Below are positions 1 to 8,700 of a stretch of 64,000 bases of DNA, piece by piece (the first letter of the stretch is position 1; every line of letters begins with the position of its first letter). A program made the position numbers and the translations under genes. The DNA is from an uncultured bacterium (GTDB lineage Bacteria; Cloacimonadota; Cloacimonadia; Cloacimonadales; TCS61), in contig CBDUTJ010000002.1 in assembly GCA_965370415.1 (NCBI GenBank), positions 40,477-104,476 on the forward strand, written 5' to 3'. Under the pieces are notes generated by a model, which was not told the DNA's origin, searched no databases, and saw only the letters and a program-made list of their open reading frames with translations.

Positions 1-2
1 CA

Positions 3-2015
3 CCGGATGCAGATTTTACAGCGGACATAACAAACGGAGAGGTCCCTTTAACGGTTAATTTTACAGACCTTTCTGCCCAAGGTTCGGGAGTAATAGATGA
101 ATGGTATTGGGAATTCGGGGATGGTAATAATTCTTCTCTGCAAGATCCATCTAATGAATTCCAGTTGCCGGGAATTTATACAGTTTCACTTACAGTTACA
201 GATGTTAATGATTCCACAGATACGGAAACAAAGGTGGATTACATCATTGTACATGCTCTGCCTTATAGTGGTCCTGTCTGGCATATATCTACAACCGGTT
301 CGGATGTATGGGGAAACGGATCAACGCAATATCCATTTGCCACTATACAGCATGGAATTAATACAACTTCCAATACAGATACTGTGCTTGTACAGATTGG
401 AACTTATGTGGAAAATATTAATTTTAATGGAAAACTGATTACAGTTGGTTCTTTATTCTTAACCACCCAGGATACAAGCTATATTTCTACAACAATAATT
501 GATGGTAACAGCAGTGGTAGTGTTATAACCTTTGATAATGGAGAGGACTCTACTGCAGTTCTATGTGGATTTACTATTACAAATGGTTCTGCTACTAATG
601 GTGGTGGAATTTACTGTGCTCATTCCAGTCCGAGTTTAGATAATATAACAATAACAGGTAATTCTGTTGATTATGGTGGTGGTGGGATTTACTGTGGTGC
701 TTCCAATCCGAGTTTAGATAATATAACAATATCAGGTAATTCTGCTTCTAATACTGGTGGTGGAATTTATTGTGAATTTTCCAGTCCGAGTTTAGAGAAT
801 GTAACAATAACAGGTAATTCTACTGATTATGGTGGGGGGATTTCCTGTTATGGATCCAATCCGAGTTTAGAGAATGTAACTATATCAGATAATTCTGCTG
901 TTAACGTACCTGGTGGGATTTACTGTTATGATTCCAGTCCGAGTTTAATAAATTCTATTCTTTGGAATAACTCGCCACAAGAGATCTATATTAATTCCGG
1001 TTCTGTTACAGCATCATATTCGGATATTCAGGGCGGTTTTACGGGAACTGGCAATATTGATAGCGATCCGTTATTTGCAGATCCTGGTAATGGAGATTAC
1101 CATTTAACCTGGGCTAATTTCCCAGTCCCGGATGCTACAATGTCTCCCTGCATAGATGCCGGAGATCCGGCTTCACCTTTAGACCCGGATGCTACAATTG
1201 CAGATATGGGAGCTTACTATTTTGATAGATCTCCAGGAGCTCCTGTAATTACGGCTGTTACGGATGTGCCGGATGATCAGGGAAGATATGTTCAGGTTAT
1301 ATGGAACAGAAGTCCTTATGATGCACCCGGTTCACCTGTTATTATAGAATCATATTCAGTGTGGAGATATGATGATATATTTGGTGATAGGGGAATATTT
1401 GAAATATATGAGGATCCCCGGGAAATATTTGAAAAAGCAGCAAAGGACAATGACAAGAATTATTACTGGCAGAGAGATGATGAAATATTAACATTCATAA
1501 CTCAACTTCCGGCAATGGGATTTGCTCAATATTCTGTTGTTGCTCCAACTCTTATAGATTCGAGTGTTGTTTCAATTAATTATTCTGTTTTCAAAGTTTT
1601 TGCTCATACGGATGTAACTTTAATCTATTATCCTTCGCTTCCCGATTCTGGTTATTCGATAGATAACATTGCCCCGGATGAAACACGTGCTTACATTGCC
1701 CAAAATGGAAGTAATATCGGTCTTAGTTGGGATGAAGTGGAATATGGAACTTTCCAGGGGAATTCCTATCCGGAAGTAAATGGTATCTGGTACAAGATCT
1801 ATGCCGGAGACTCACCTGATTTTATTTGTGATGAAGCTCATCTAATAGAAACAGTTACAGATCTGAATTATGATTATCCTCTAACAGGAGAAGAAAAGAA
1901 GTTCTTTAAGGTCGTGGTTAGCGATCAGCCGGAAGCCGGTCGAGCTAGCAACCAATCTACTCCCCTTGGTAAGGGGAGAAAGCCCCGATTTATCGGGGTA
2001 GAGGGGTTTAAATAA
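3..2015 (+). CDS. Secreted PKD + right-handed parallel beta-helix (PbH1) repeat protein; 5' end lies outside the window
   Basis: The frame is open from base 3; track ORF 165..2015 is only the first in-window start. It reads as a PKD domain (VPLTVNFTDLS..WEFGDGNNS..YTVSLTVTD), then a QYPFATIQHGI..TITNG block and five ~23-aa GGGIYC..SSPSL.NVTI.GNS turns. A cap (SPCIDAGDP..PLDPD..DMGAYYF) and an FN3-like C-terminal domain follow. The last 27 codons read into hairpin array A. Confidence 0.85.
   Translation, partial: PDADFTADITNGEVPLTVNFTDLSAQGSGVIDEWYWEFGDGNNSSLQDPSNEFQLPGIYTVSLTVTDVNDSTDTETKVDYIIVHALPYSGPVWHISTTGSDVWGNGSTQYPFATIQHGINTTSNTDTVLVQIGTYVENINFNGKLITVGSLFLTTQDTSYISTTIIDGNSSGSVITFDNGEDSTAVLCGFTITNGSATNGGGIYCAHSSPSLDNITITGNSVDYGGGGIYCGASNPSLDNITISGNSASNTGGGIYCEFSSPSLENVTITGNSTDYGGGISCYGSNPSLENVTISDNSAVNVPGGIYCYDSSPSLINSILWNNSPQEIYINSGSVTASYSDIQGGFTGTGNIDSDPLFADPGNGDYHLTWANFPVPDATMSPCIDAGDPASPLDPDATIADMGAYYFDRSPGAPVITAVTDVPDDQGRYVQVIWNRSPYDAPGSPVIIESYSVWRYDDIFGDRGIFEIYEDPREIFEKAAKDNDKNYYWQRDDEILTFITQLPAMGFAQYSVVAPTLIDSSVVSINYSVFKVFAHTDVTLIYYPSLPDSGYSIDNIAPDETRAYIAQNGSNIGLSWDEVEYGTFQGNSYPEVNGIWYKIYAGDSPDFICDEAHLIETVTDLNYDYPLTGEEKKFFKVVVSDQPEAGRASNQSTPLGKGRKPRFIGVEGFK
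598..955 (+). repeat. Tandem 69-75-nt coding repeats (PbH1 beta-helix turns)
   Basis: Five consecutive units of GGTGGTGGAATTTACTGT..CCAGTCCGAGTTTAGA.AATGTAACAATA.CAGGTAATTCT. Confidence 0.85.
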
Positions 2016-2211
2016 TATTTTCTAAAACAGAAGTTCAAAAAGGAGATTTGAATTAGGTAAGGACAGCTCCTGCCTGCCTATACATCCTGGTTACCAAGCC
2101 CCAGCTTGGTAACTGGTTTCTCATTCCCAAGCTGGGGCTTGGGAACGAGTATAGCTATTATTATGACCGAGACGGTCATTCTTACTGTTTCATTCAATCG
2201 AGACGATTGAA
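1929..2211. repeat. GC-rich mosaic hairpin array A
   Basis: Seven short perfect stem-loops; see findings for hand-counted coordinates. Confidence 0.7.
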
Positions 2212-2279
2212 CGAACTTCTATTTTTTACGGATAGGTGGAAACTACGAAGTATAAATATTGTTGAAGTAAAAAAATAAT

Positions 2280-2388
2280 TTGACACTCAAAAACAAAAAA
2301 CACTTACTTGTTTTGTTCATTGAAGTGTTATTGAAATTTATTACGTTAAGGAGAATTAATGTGTAGATAAACTTTTTCCGGAGGAGTT
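2280..2388 (+). promoter_or_regulatory. Conserved TTGACA box + 7-bp hairpin + SD/mini-ORF leader, copy A (upstream of the 2389 gene)
   Basis: TTGACA at 2280-2285. AACACTT (2299-2305) pairs with AAGTGTT (2323-2329). AAGGAG at 2348-2353. Mini-ORF ATG TGT AGA TAA at 2359-2370. Colinear with copy B at equal spacing. Confidence 0.55.
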
Positions 2389-5300
2389 ATGAAAAAACTA
2401 TTTTTTATTTTTATATTTTTTCTTTTATCTTCTTTTCTGTATTCTACAATTATTAATGTACCAGCAGACTATACAACAATACAAGCCGGGATAGATGCAG
2501 CAGCTGATTCAGACACTGTTCTTGTGCATACCGGAACTTATGTTGAGAACATTAACTTTATTGGAAAACTCATTACAGTTGGTTCTTTATTTTTAACAAC
2601 CCAGAATACATCTTATATTTCTTCAACCATTATCGATGGGAATAGCAGTGGTAGTGTAGTTACTTTTGAAAGTGGAGAGGATTCTACTGCTATTTTATAC
2701 GGTTTCACTATTACAAATGGTTTAGCATCAGGAATTTATCCGGAAAATTATGGTGGTGGGATTCACTGTAATAGTTCCAGTCCAAGTTTAGAGAATTTAA
2801 AAATCTTAGAAAATTCTGCTGATAATGGTGCAGGGATTGGCTGTTTAAATAACTCCAACCCAAATATTTCAAATGCTCTTATTGTTCAAAATACAGCAAT
2901 AAATAATGGAGGGGCAATTTACTGCGGATCATCTAATCCTGATATAAGAAACATCACCTCAAGTAATAACCTCGCATTGGGGGGCGGAGCAATCTTTGCT
3001 GTAAATTCTAATCCTCTCCTAAAAAACAGTATTCTCTGGAATGACACTGCTCCAGAAATTTCCGTTCAAAGCGGTCAAATTGATGTAAGTTATACTAATG
3101 TTCAGGGAAGTTGGCCAGGTACTGGAAATCTTAATGTTGATCCAAACTTCTTAGATAACACAAATTACAAATTGTCCATTTTGACTCCTGATGGAACTGC
3201 CCAAAATCCATGTGTGGATGCGGGTGATCCTGATGATCCTGTTGGCAGCGAACCAATGCCAAATGGTGATCGAATAAATATGGGAGCTTATGGGGGTACT
3301 TCACAAGCTGCTTTTTCTGCTCAGATCGCCAATCCAAATATTCCGTCAGGTACTACTATATACCTACCTGATTATATTTACATTTTCAATATCTCTCCAA
3401 TTGTTCCGTTTGATGGTTACCTTCAAATTGAACCGAGAACTGTTATAATTCTCAACGGTAGCCTTTCATTTAATGTATATGGACAAATAAACGTTGGAGC
3501 TGCTCGTAGTGATACTGTATTCATTACATCCGATATCTCTGCTTACGGTGGTACAAACATAACAGATTCATGGCAGGGATTTATTTTTGGTGCTGATGCC
3601 TTAGATGGCTCCACGTTTAATAATATTATTATCGAAAATGCTGAAAATGGTGTATATTTAGGTTTTGTTACTGCATCTTTGAACAACACAAAAATCATAT
3701 ATGAAGAAAGCAGCTCAAGACCCAGTCCTGGAACCGGTATTATTATTGGTGAGGGTTCAAACACACTTATAACAGGATGCGAAATTTCTGGTTACACAAT
3801 AGGAATAGATGTCTATAATGAAAGCATAAGAGAGCTAACTACACCGGTTCTAACTAATAATAGAGTACGAAGCAGTCCTCAAAGTTCAAGAGAAGATATG
3901 TATGGAATTCGTTTATCGGGTTTTGTTGAAGCTCATATAGATAGTTGTGAGATCGAAGATTACAATTATGGAATTTATTATATAGGGAATGGAACTGCTA
4001 CAAGGGATACTCCAACCTTGACTAATAACCGAGTTCGCAGCAGCCCCCAAAGCTCAAGAAACGATTCTCTTTTCATAGGAATATACCTGGAAAATCTGAT
4101 AAATGTTGAAATTGATAGTTGTGAAGTCTACGAATATCTTACCGGTATTGAAATTTGTAATGATCCTTCCACCGGGACACTTTCTACACCTGTTCTTACA
4201 AATAACAGGGTCAGAAATAGTCCTCAAAGCTCAAGACAGGAAGCAGTTGGATTAAAAATTTCAGGTTATGTGGCTGCAACTGTAGACAATTGTGATATTG
4301 AGGATTATGATCATGGGATTCAATACATTGGTACAGGTGATACTTTCCCAGTTAGAGAAACTCCGGTTTTAACAAATAACCGTGTTCGTAGTAGTCCGCA
4401 AAGTTCCCGAACTTCTTTATTGAATGGAATTTTTATTGATTCATTAACAACGATCATAATTGATGATTGTGATATCGAAGATTACGAAACCGCTATTGAA
4501 ATTTGTAATTCAAATACAGGTAGAGAACACAGTACTCCTGTTCTCACAAATAATCGAGTTAGAAACAGTCCTCAGAGTTCAAGAAACATTTTTGTTGGAT
4601 TAAGATTGTCTGGAGATGTAAATGGAACGGTCGAGTATAATGAATTTGTTGATTGTGACTCTGCAATTGTAATTATTGGGATCGATACTGCAGCATTAAT
4701 CCAATATAATCTTATATACCTTACTGATATTTTGGTAAATAGCGTGGCAATTTATGCCTATGAAAGCGGTGATCTAACTATAAATGACAATACTGTTTAT
4801 CAGTATGAATATGGAATAATATCAGATGATGCATTTATTAATTTCTTCAATAATATTTTCTGGAATGATAGTCCAACAGTAGAACCTGTAACTATTGATC
4901 CATATTTTTTAACAGGTATATATAACGATATTTCCCGACCAGGTGGAGTACTGTATCCGGGAACAGGTAATATAAATTCAAATCCAATGTTTGTTGATGT
5001 GGTAGCAGAAGATTTTAATATTGAATGGAATTCACCTTGTATCGATAGTGGAGATCCTACTACTCCTTTTGATCCTGATGGAACATTTAATGATATTGGA
5101 TTATACTACTTTGACCAGCCTGACTATCTTAACATACCCCAAAATCTATATATGGATATCGATGAGGGTTCCATTAATTTAAGCTGGGATTTGGTTTCAG
5201 GAGCTATTGGATATAATATCTATACATCTTCTAATCCATATTCCGGATGGAGTTTGTATGATTTCAATGTAAGAGCTTTATCCTGGAGCGAGATTGTTTC

Positions 5301-5400
5301 TGGTGAAAAGAGGTTTTATTTTGTTAAAGCTTATAATAGCACAAATTCAGATGCACTTTTGAAATCACATAAGAGGAAAGATTATTTGAATTTGGAATAA
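2389..5400 (+). CDS. Secreted beta-helix repeat protein with five TPVLTNNRVRSSPQSSR-containing repeats and an FN3-like C-terminus
   Basis: GGAGG Shine-Dalgarno sequence before the ATG and a hydrophobic signal peptide (MKKLFFIFIFFLLSSFLYS). The N-terminal block is about 85 percent identical by eye to the 17925 gene. PbH1 turns, the cap motif PCIDSGDP..PFDPDG and the C-terminal motif YNIYTSSNPY..KRFYFVKA are present. Confidence 0.9.
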   Translation: MKKLFFIFIFFLLSSFLYSTIINVPADYTTIQAGIDAAADSDTVLVHTGTYVENINFIGKLITVGSLFLTTQNTSYISSTIIDGNSSGSVVTFESGEDSTAILYGFTITNGLASGIYPENYGGGIHCNSSSPSLENLKILENSADNGAGIGCLNNSNPNISNALIVQNTAINNGGAIYCGSSNPDIRNITSSNNLALGGGAIFAVNSNPLLKNSILWNDTAPEISVQSGQIDVSYTNVQGSWPGTGNLNVDPNFLDNTNYKLSILTPDGTAQNPCVDAGDPDDPVGSEPMPNGDRINMGAYGGTSQAAFSAQIANPNIPSGTTIYLPDYIYIFNISPIVPFDGYLQIEPRTVIILNGSLSFNVYGQINVGAARSDTVFITSDISAYGGTNITDSWQGFIFGADALDGSTFNNIIIENAENGVYLGFVTASLNNTKIIYEESSSRPSPGTGIIIGEGSNTLITGCEISGYTIGIDVYNESIRELTTPVLTNNRVRSSPQSSREDMYGIRLSGFVEAHIDSCEIEDYNYGIYYIGNGTATRDTPTLTNNRVRSSPQSSRNDSLFIGIYLENLINVEIDSCEVYEYLTGIEICNDPSTGTLSTPVLTNNRVRNSPQSSRQEAVGLKISGYVAATVDNCDIEDYDHGIQYIGTGDTFPVRETPVLTNNRVRSSPQSSRTSLLNGIFIDSLTTIIIDDCDIEDYETAIEICNSNTGREHSTPVLTNNRVRNSPQSSRNIFVGLRLSGDVNGTVEYNEFVDCDSAIVIIGIDTAALIQYNLIYLTDILVNSVAIYAYESGDLTINDNTVYQYEYGIISDDAFINFFNNIFWNDSPTVEPVTIDPYFLTGIYNDISRPGGVLYPGTGNINSNPMFVDVVAEDFNIEWNSPCIDSGDPTTPFDPDGTFNDIGLYYFDQPDYLNIPQNLYMDIDEGSINLSWDLVSGAIGYNIYTSSNPYSGWSLYDFNVRALSWSEIVSGEKRFYFVKAYNSTNSDALLKSHKRKDYLNLE
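2749..3045 (+). repeat. Diverged tandem PbH1 coding repeats
   Basis: GGGIHC.., GAGIGC.., GGAIYC.. and GGAIFA.. turns. Confidence 0.6.
3841..4584 (+). repeat. Five ~168-177-nt coding repeats, each starting with TP(V/T)LTNNRVR(S/N)SPQSSR
   Basis: Motif copies at 3841-3891, 4009-4059, 4186-4236, 4360-4410 and 4534-4584. Confidence 0.85.
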
Positions 5401-5441
5401 ATAATTCTTTCAGCTGAATCTCCAGGGATAATTTATTATCT

Positions 5442-5473
5442 AGAAGCGAAAATTCAAATTTTCGCTTCTTTTT
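5442..5473 (+). terminator. Rho-independent terminator after the 2389..5400 gene
   Basis: 12-bp stem AGAAGCGAAAAT / ATTTTCGCTTCT with loop TCAA, followed by TTTT. Confidence 0.8.
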
Positions 5474-5670
5474 ATCAATAACTCATTTTAACCCAGATAA
5501 TGCAATAGTATTTCGCGGATAGCACTATATTATTCTGTCTGAGTGAGTTGCAAAATTGTCCCTGAATATCTTCAGATATGCACTAAAATTTTCCAACTCA
5601 TCAACCTAAAAGAATCTAGCACTCTACATCAAAATCCTACTGCACAATCTGGGTTTAACCAACAAAACAT

Positions 5671-5676
5671 TTGACA
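5671..5676 (+). promoter_or_regulatory. Candidate -35 box (TTGACA) upstream of the cyclase-STAND gene
   Basis: AACATTTGACATTC resembles the AATTTGACA context of the other candidate promoters. No clear -10 box. Confidence 0.3.
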
Positions 5677-5734
5677 TTCAAAGTTGATCTCTATTTATCA
5701 AATCAAAGTTAATTCTATTATTTTGAGAGGTAGA

Positions 5735-8700
5735 ATGAAAAACCTGGTTCCTGTATTAATTTTAGAGAATTTTCAAAAGAAAAAATTGCATGGATCTTTG
5801 TCAGCTGTTACTATGTTCATTGATATTTCCGGATTCACAGCAATGACGCAATCGCTCATGAAAAACGACAAGGAAGGTGCAGAGATCCTGACAGAAATCA
5901 TTAATAAAATTTTCACTCCCTCCATCGATAAAATCTATCAAAATAACGGTTTTGTTTCAACTTTTGCAGGTGATGCTTTTACCTCGATTTTCCCTATTGA
6001 TAGAAGCTCGCCTGATAATGCCGTATTTTCCGCTATTGAAATTCAGAATATTTTTAAAAAAATCGGAAAGCAAAATACAAAATTCGGAACATACAACTTA
6101 AAAGTTAAAATCGGTCTTTCCATTGGGAAAGTTGAATGGCGAATTGTAACTTCCAATGAAAAGAATAGTTATTTTTTTCGTGGTAAAGTAATAGACAATG
6201 CTGCCAGAAGTGAAAGCCGATGTAAGGCAGGTGAGATTATTATTGATAATTCTCTAAAAAAAGCTACCGGTTTTCCTGTTCTAAAGAAATCAGCTAATTT
6301 TTTTCTGGTAAATCCATTTCCAAAAAAGATCCATACCCAAATTAAAAAGCAATCGGAAACAAATTATGATTTGAATCCGTTCATTTCCAAATCTATCTTA
6401 ACATTATCTTCAAAAGGAGAATTCAGGAGTGTGATCTCATGTTTTATATCTTTTGAGGAAAAGGAAGAATTTCATAAAGGCTTGGCAGAAATCATTTCTC
6501 TTGCTGAAGATTATGGAGGTTATTTCAATAAAATTGATTTTAGTGATAAAGGTGGTGTAGTTCTGGTTTTGTTTGGTGCTCCCATTACTAAAGAGCAGAT
6601 GGAAATCCGTGCCTGCAGTTTTACCTTATCAGTTATGGAGATTGAAAATTTTATTTGTAGAATTGGTTTAAGCTATGGAGTTGCTTTCGCAGGATTTGTT
6701 GGAAGTAAAAAGCGCGAGGAATATACTTCTCTTGGAATGTCGGTTAATCTTGCTTCAAGACTTATGATGAAAGCTCGATGGAAGGAGATTTTCATTGATA
6801 GTTTTATTTTTGAAAAAGTGAAAGAGAATTTTGATGTTTCATTTATAGGTAATTTCAAGTTAAAAGGATTTACACAAAAAATTTCAACCTATAAATTGAA
6901 TAAAAAAATTAAACTCGTGAAAACAGCAGGTTTTGAAGGAAAACTTTTTGGTAGAGAAACAGAATTGAAAAAAATCAAAAGCCTGATAAACAAAATAAAT
7001 ACAAATAAACTCAGTGGTATCATTTATAATGAAGGTGCTGCAGGAATTGGAAAAAGCAGACTGATTCATGAAATAAAACAATCATATCCTTCAAATGAAT
7101 ATCACTGGATTTATATGCCCTGTGATGCAATTTTGAGAAAAAGTTTTAATCCGGTAAAATCCTTTTTATCTAATTTCTTTATCCAGTCAGAACAAAACAC
7201 CCCGGAAATTAATAAAATCAACTTCGAGGAAAAAATCAGTACGCTTTCTTTTCTCACACAAGATAAAAAAATACAAAAAGAACTCAACAGGACAAAATCC
7301 TTTCTGGGAGCGTTAATAAGTCTTTTTTGGGAAGATTCTTTATACAGCCAATTGGACCCAAAATCGAGGTATTTGAACACCCTGTATGCTTTAACGAACT
7401 TGGTAAAACTTCTTTCTTTGAAAAAACATGTAATTATTGAATTTGAAGATGCAAACTGGATAGATAATGATACATTAAGTTTTATGGAAATCTTAACACC
7501 AAACATAGAGAATTTTCCGATAGTAATAATTGCTTCCTGTCGTTTTAATGATGATGAATCATCTTTCAGTTTAAATTTACAGGATGTAAAGGAAAGCAGG
7601 ATAACACTCCGTCCTCTTGATAAAAATCCTGCAAAACTCTTGATTGAAGAGAGCTTAAACAAAGATGCACTGATACCCCAGGAAATACCGGATATAACTT
7701 TCAACATGGTTTGGAAAAAGAGTCAGGGAAATCCGTTTTTCATTGAACAGATCATTTTATATTTGAAAGAAAAAAACATCCTGGCTGATGATCTTTCCAT
7801 AACCGGGAAAGATTTTGAAATACCTGCAAATATAAATTCGATAATCGTTGCAAGGATCGATAAATTGAATCCTGAATTAAAAGATTTCACAAAAACAGCT
7901 TCAGTTCTTGGAAATAATTTCACTAAAAAAATATTAAGTTCAATGTTAAAGAACGTGGAAATTGATAAATATATTAAAGACGGAGAAAAAGAGAATATCT
8001 GGTTTTCTGAAAACAAGATCAACCATGTTTTCAAAAATGTTTTTATCAGGGAAAGTATTTACGAGCTGATATTGAAAAAAGATTTACGAAACTTTCATAA
8101 GCTTGCTGCTAAATCGATCGAGAATATTTATAAAAGTGGAATTGAAAATTATTATGCTGATCTCGCTTATAATTATGATAAAGCAGAAATATTCAAAAAA
8201 GCTATCTATTACTTAGAAAAAGCTGGAGATCATGAAAAAAATCTATATCATAATTTGGTTGCAATTGAATACTACGAAAGATTAATTAATATAATAAATT
8301 CTCAAAAAGACATAAATAATAAATTAAAATTTAAAATAATTCTCAATAAAATAGAGTTGCTGCTTTTGGTTGGTGATACCGAACCTGCAAAAGTAGAAAT
8401 AGGAAAATTGAATCCTGAATCAATAAAAAAAATCGAGCAAAGAGACAGGTATTTCTATTTATCTGCACGCAGATTTATGGTGATGGAAAACTTCATCGAG
8501 TTGAAAAAATATATTCAGCAAATTATTAAAAAATTAAAAACAGATTATTATAAATATTTTGTAGAGATCTATCTTCTGGAAGCTTTGAGATACTTAAATG
8601 AAGCTGAAGAATTTGAAAGCCGAGCTTACAAATTACTGAATATTTTGAAATCAAAAAACGAACTATTTTTTGAAGGTAGACTCTCAAACACAATGGGAAT

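Noticed and set aside
97-438. 113-aa ORF overlapping the first beta-helix gene in another frame
   Set aside because: It is fully nested in a strongly supported coding frame (PKD and beta-helix homology), so it is a shadow ORF.
598-955. Regularly spaced ~70-nt direct repeats that could look like a CRISPR array (also at 18312, 19258 and 21583)
   Set aside because: The repeats and the apparent spacers are one continuous reading frame encoding PbH1 beta-helix turns. There are no cas genes and no non-coding spacers.
1929-2211. Hairpin arrays as integron attC sites or IS200/IS605-type ends
   Set aside because: No integrase or TnpA is nearby and there is no GTTRRRY core-site pattern. The adjacent genes have their own promoters and are far larger than cassettes. 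This remains formally untested genome-wide.
5684-5734. Track TTG start at 5684 for the cyclase gene (similarly 17892, 26421, 39328, 45381 and 54979)
   Set aside because: Downstream ATG codons give N-termini matching family expectations or carry better SD sequences. The upstream extensions lack homology.
7111-8034. Antisense ORFs (198 aa and 103 aa) within the cyclase-STAND gene
   Set aside because: The Leu/Ser/Phe/Lys-rich composition is typical of the reverse strand of AT-rich coding DNA. The sense frame has clear domain motifs.
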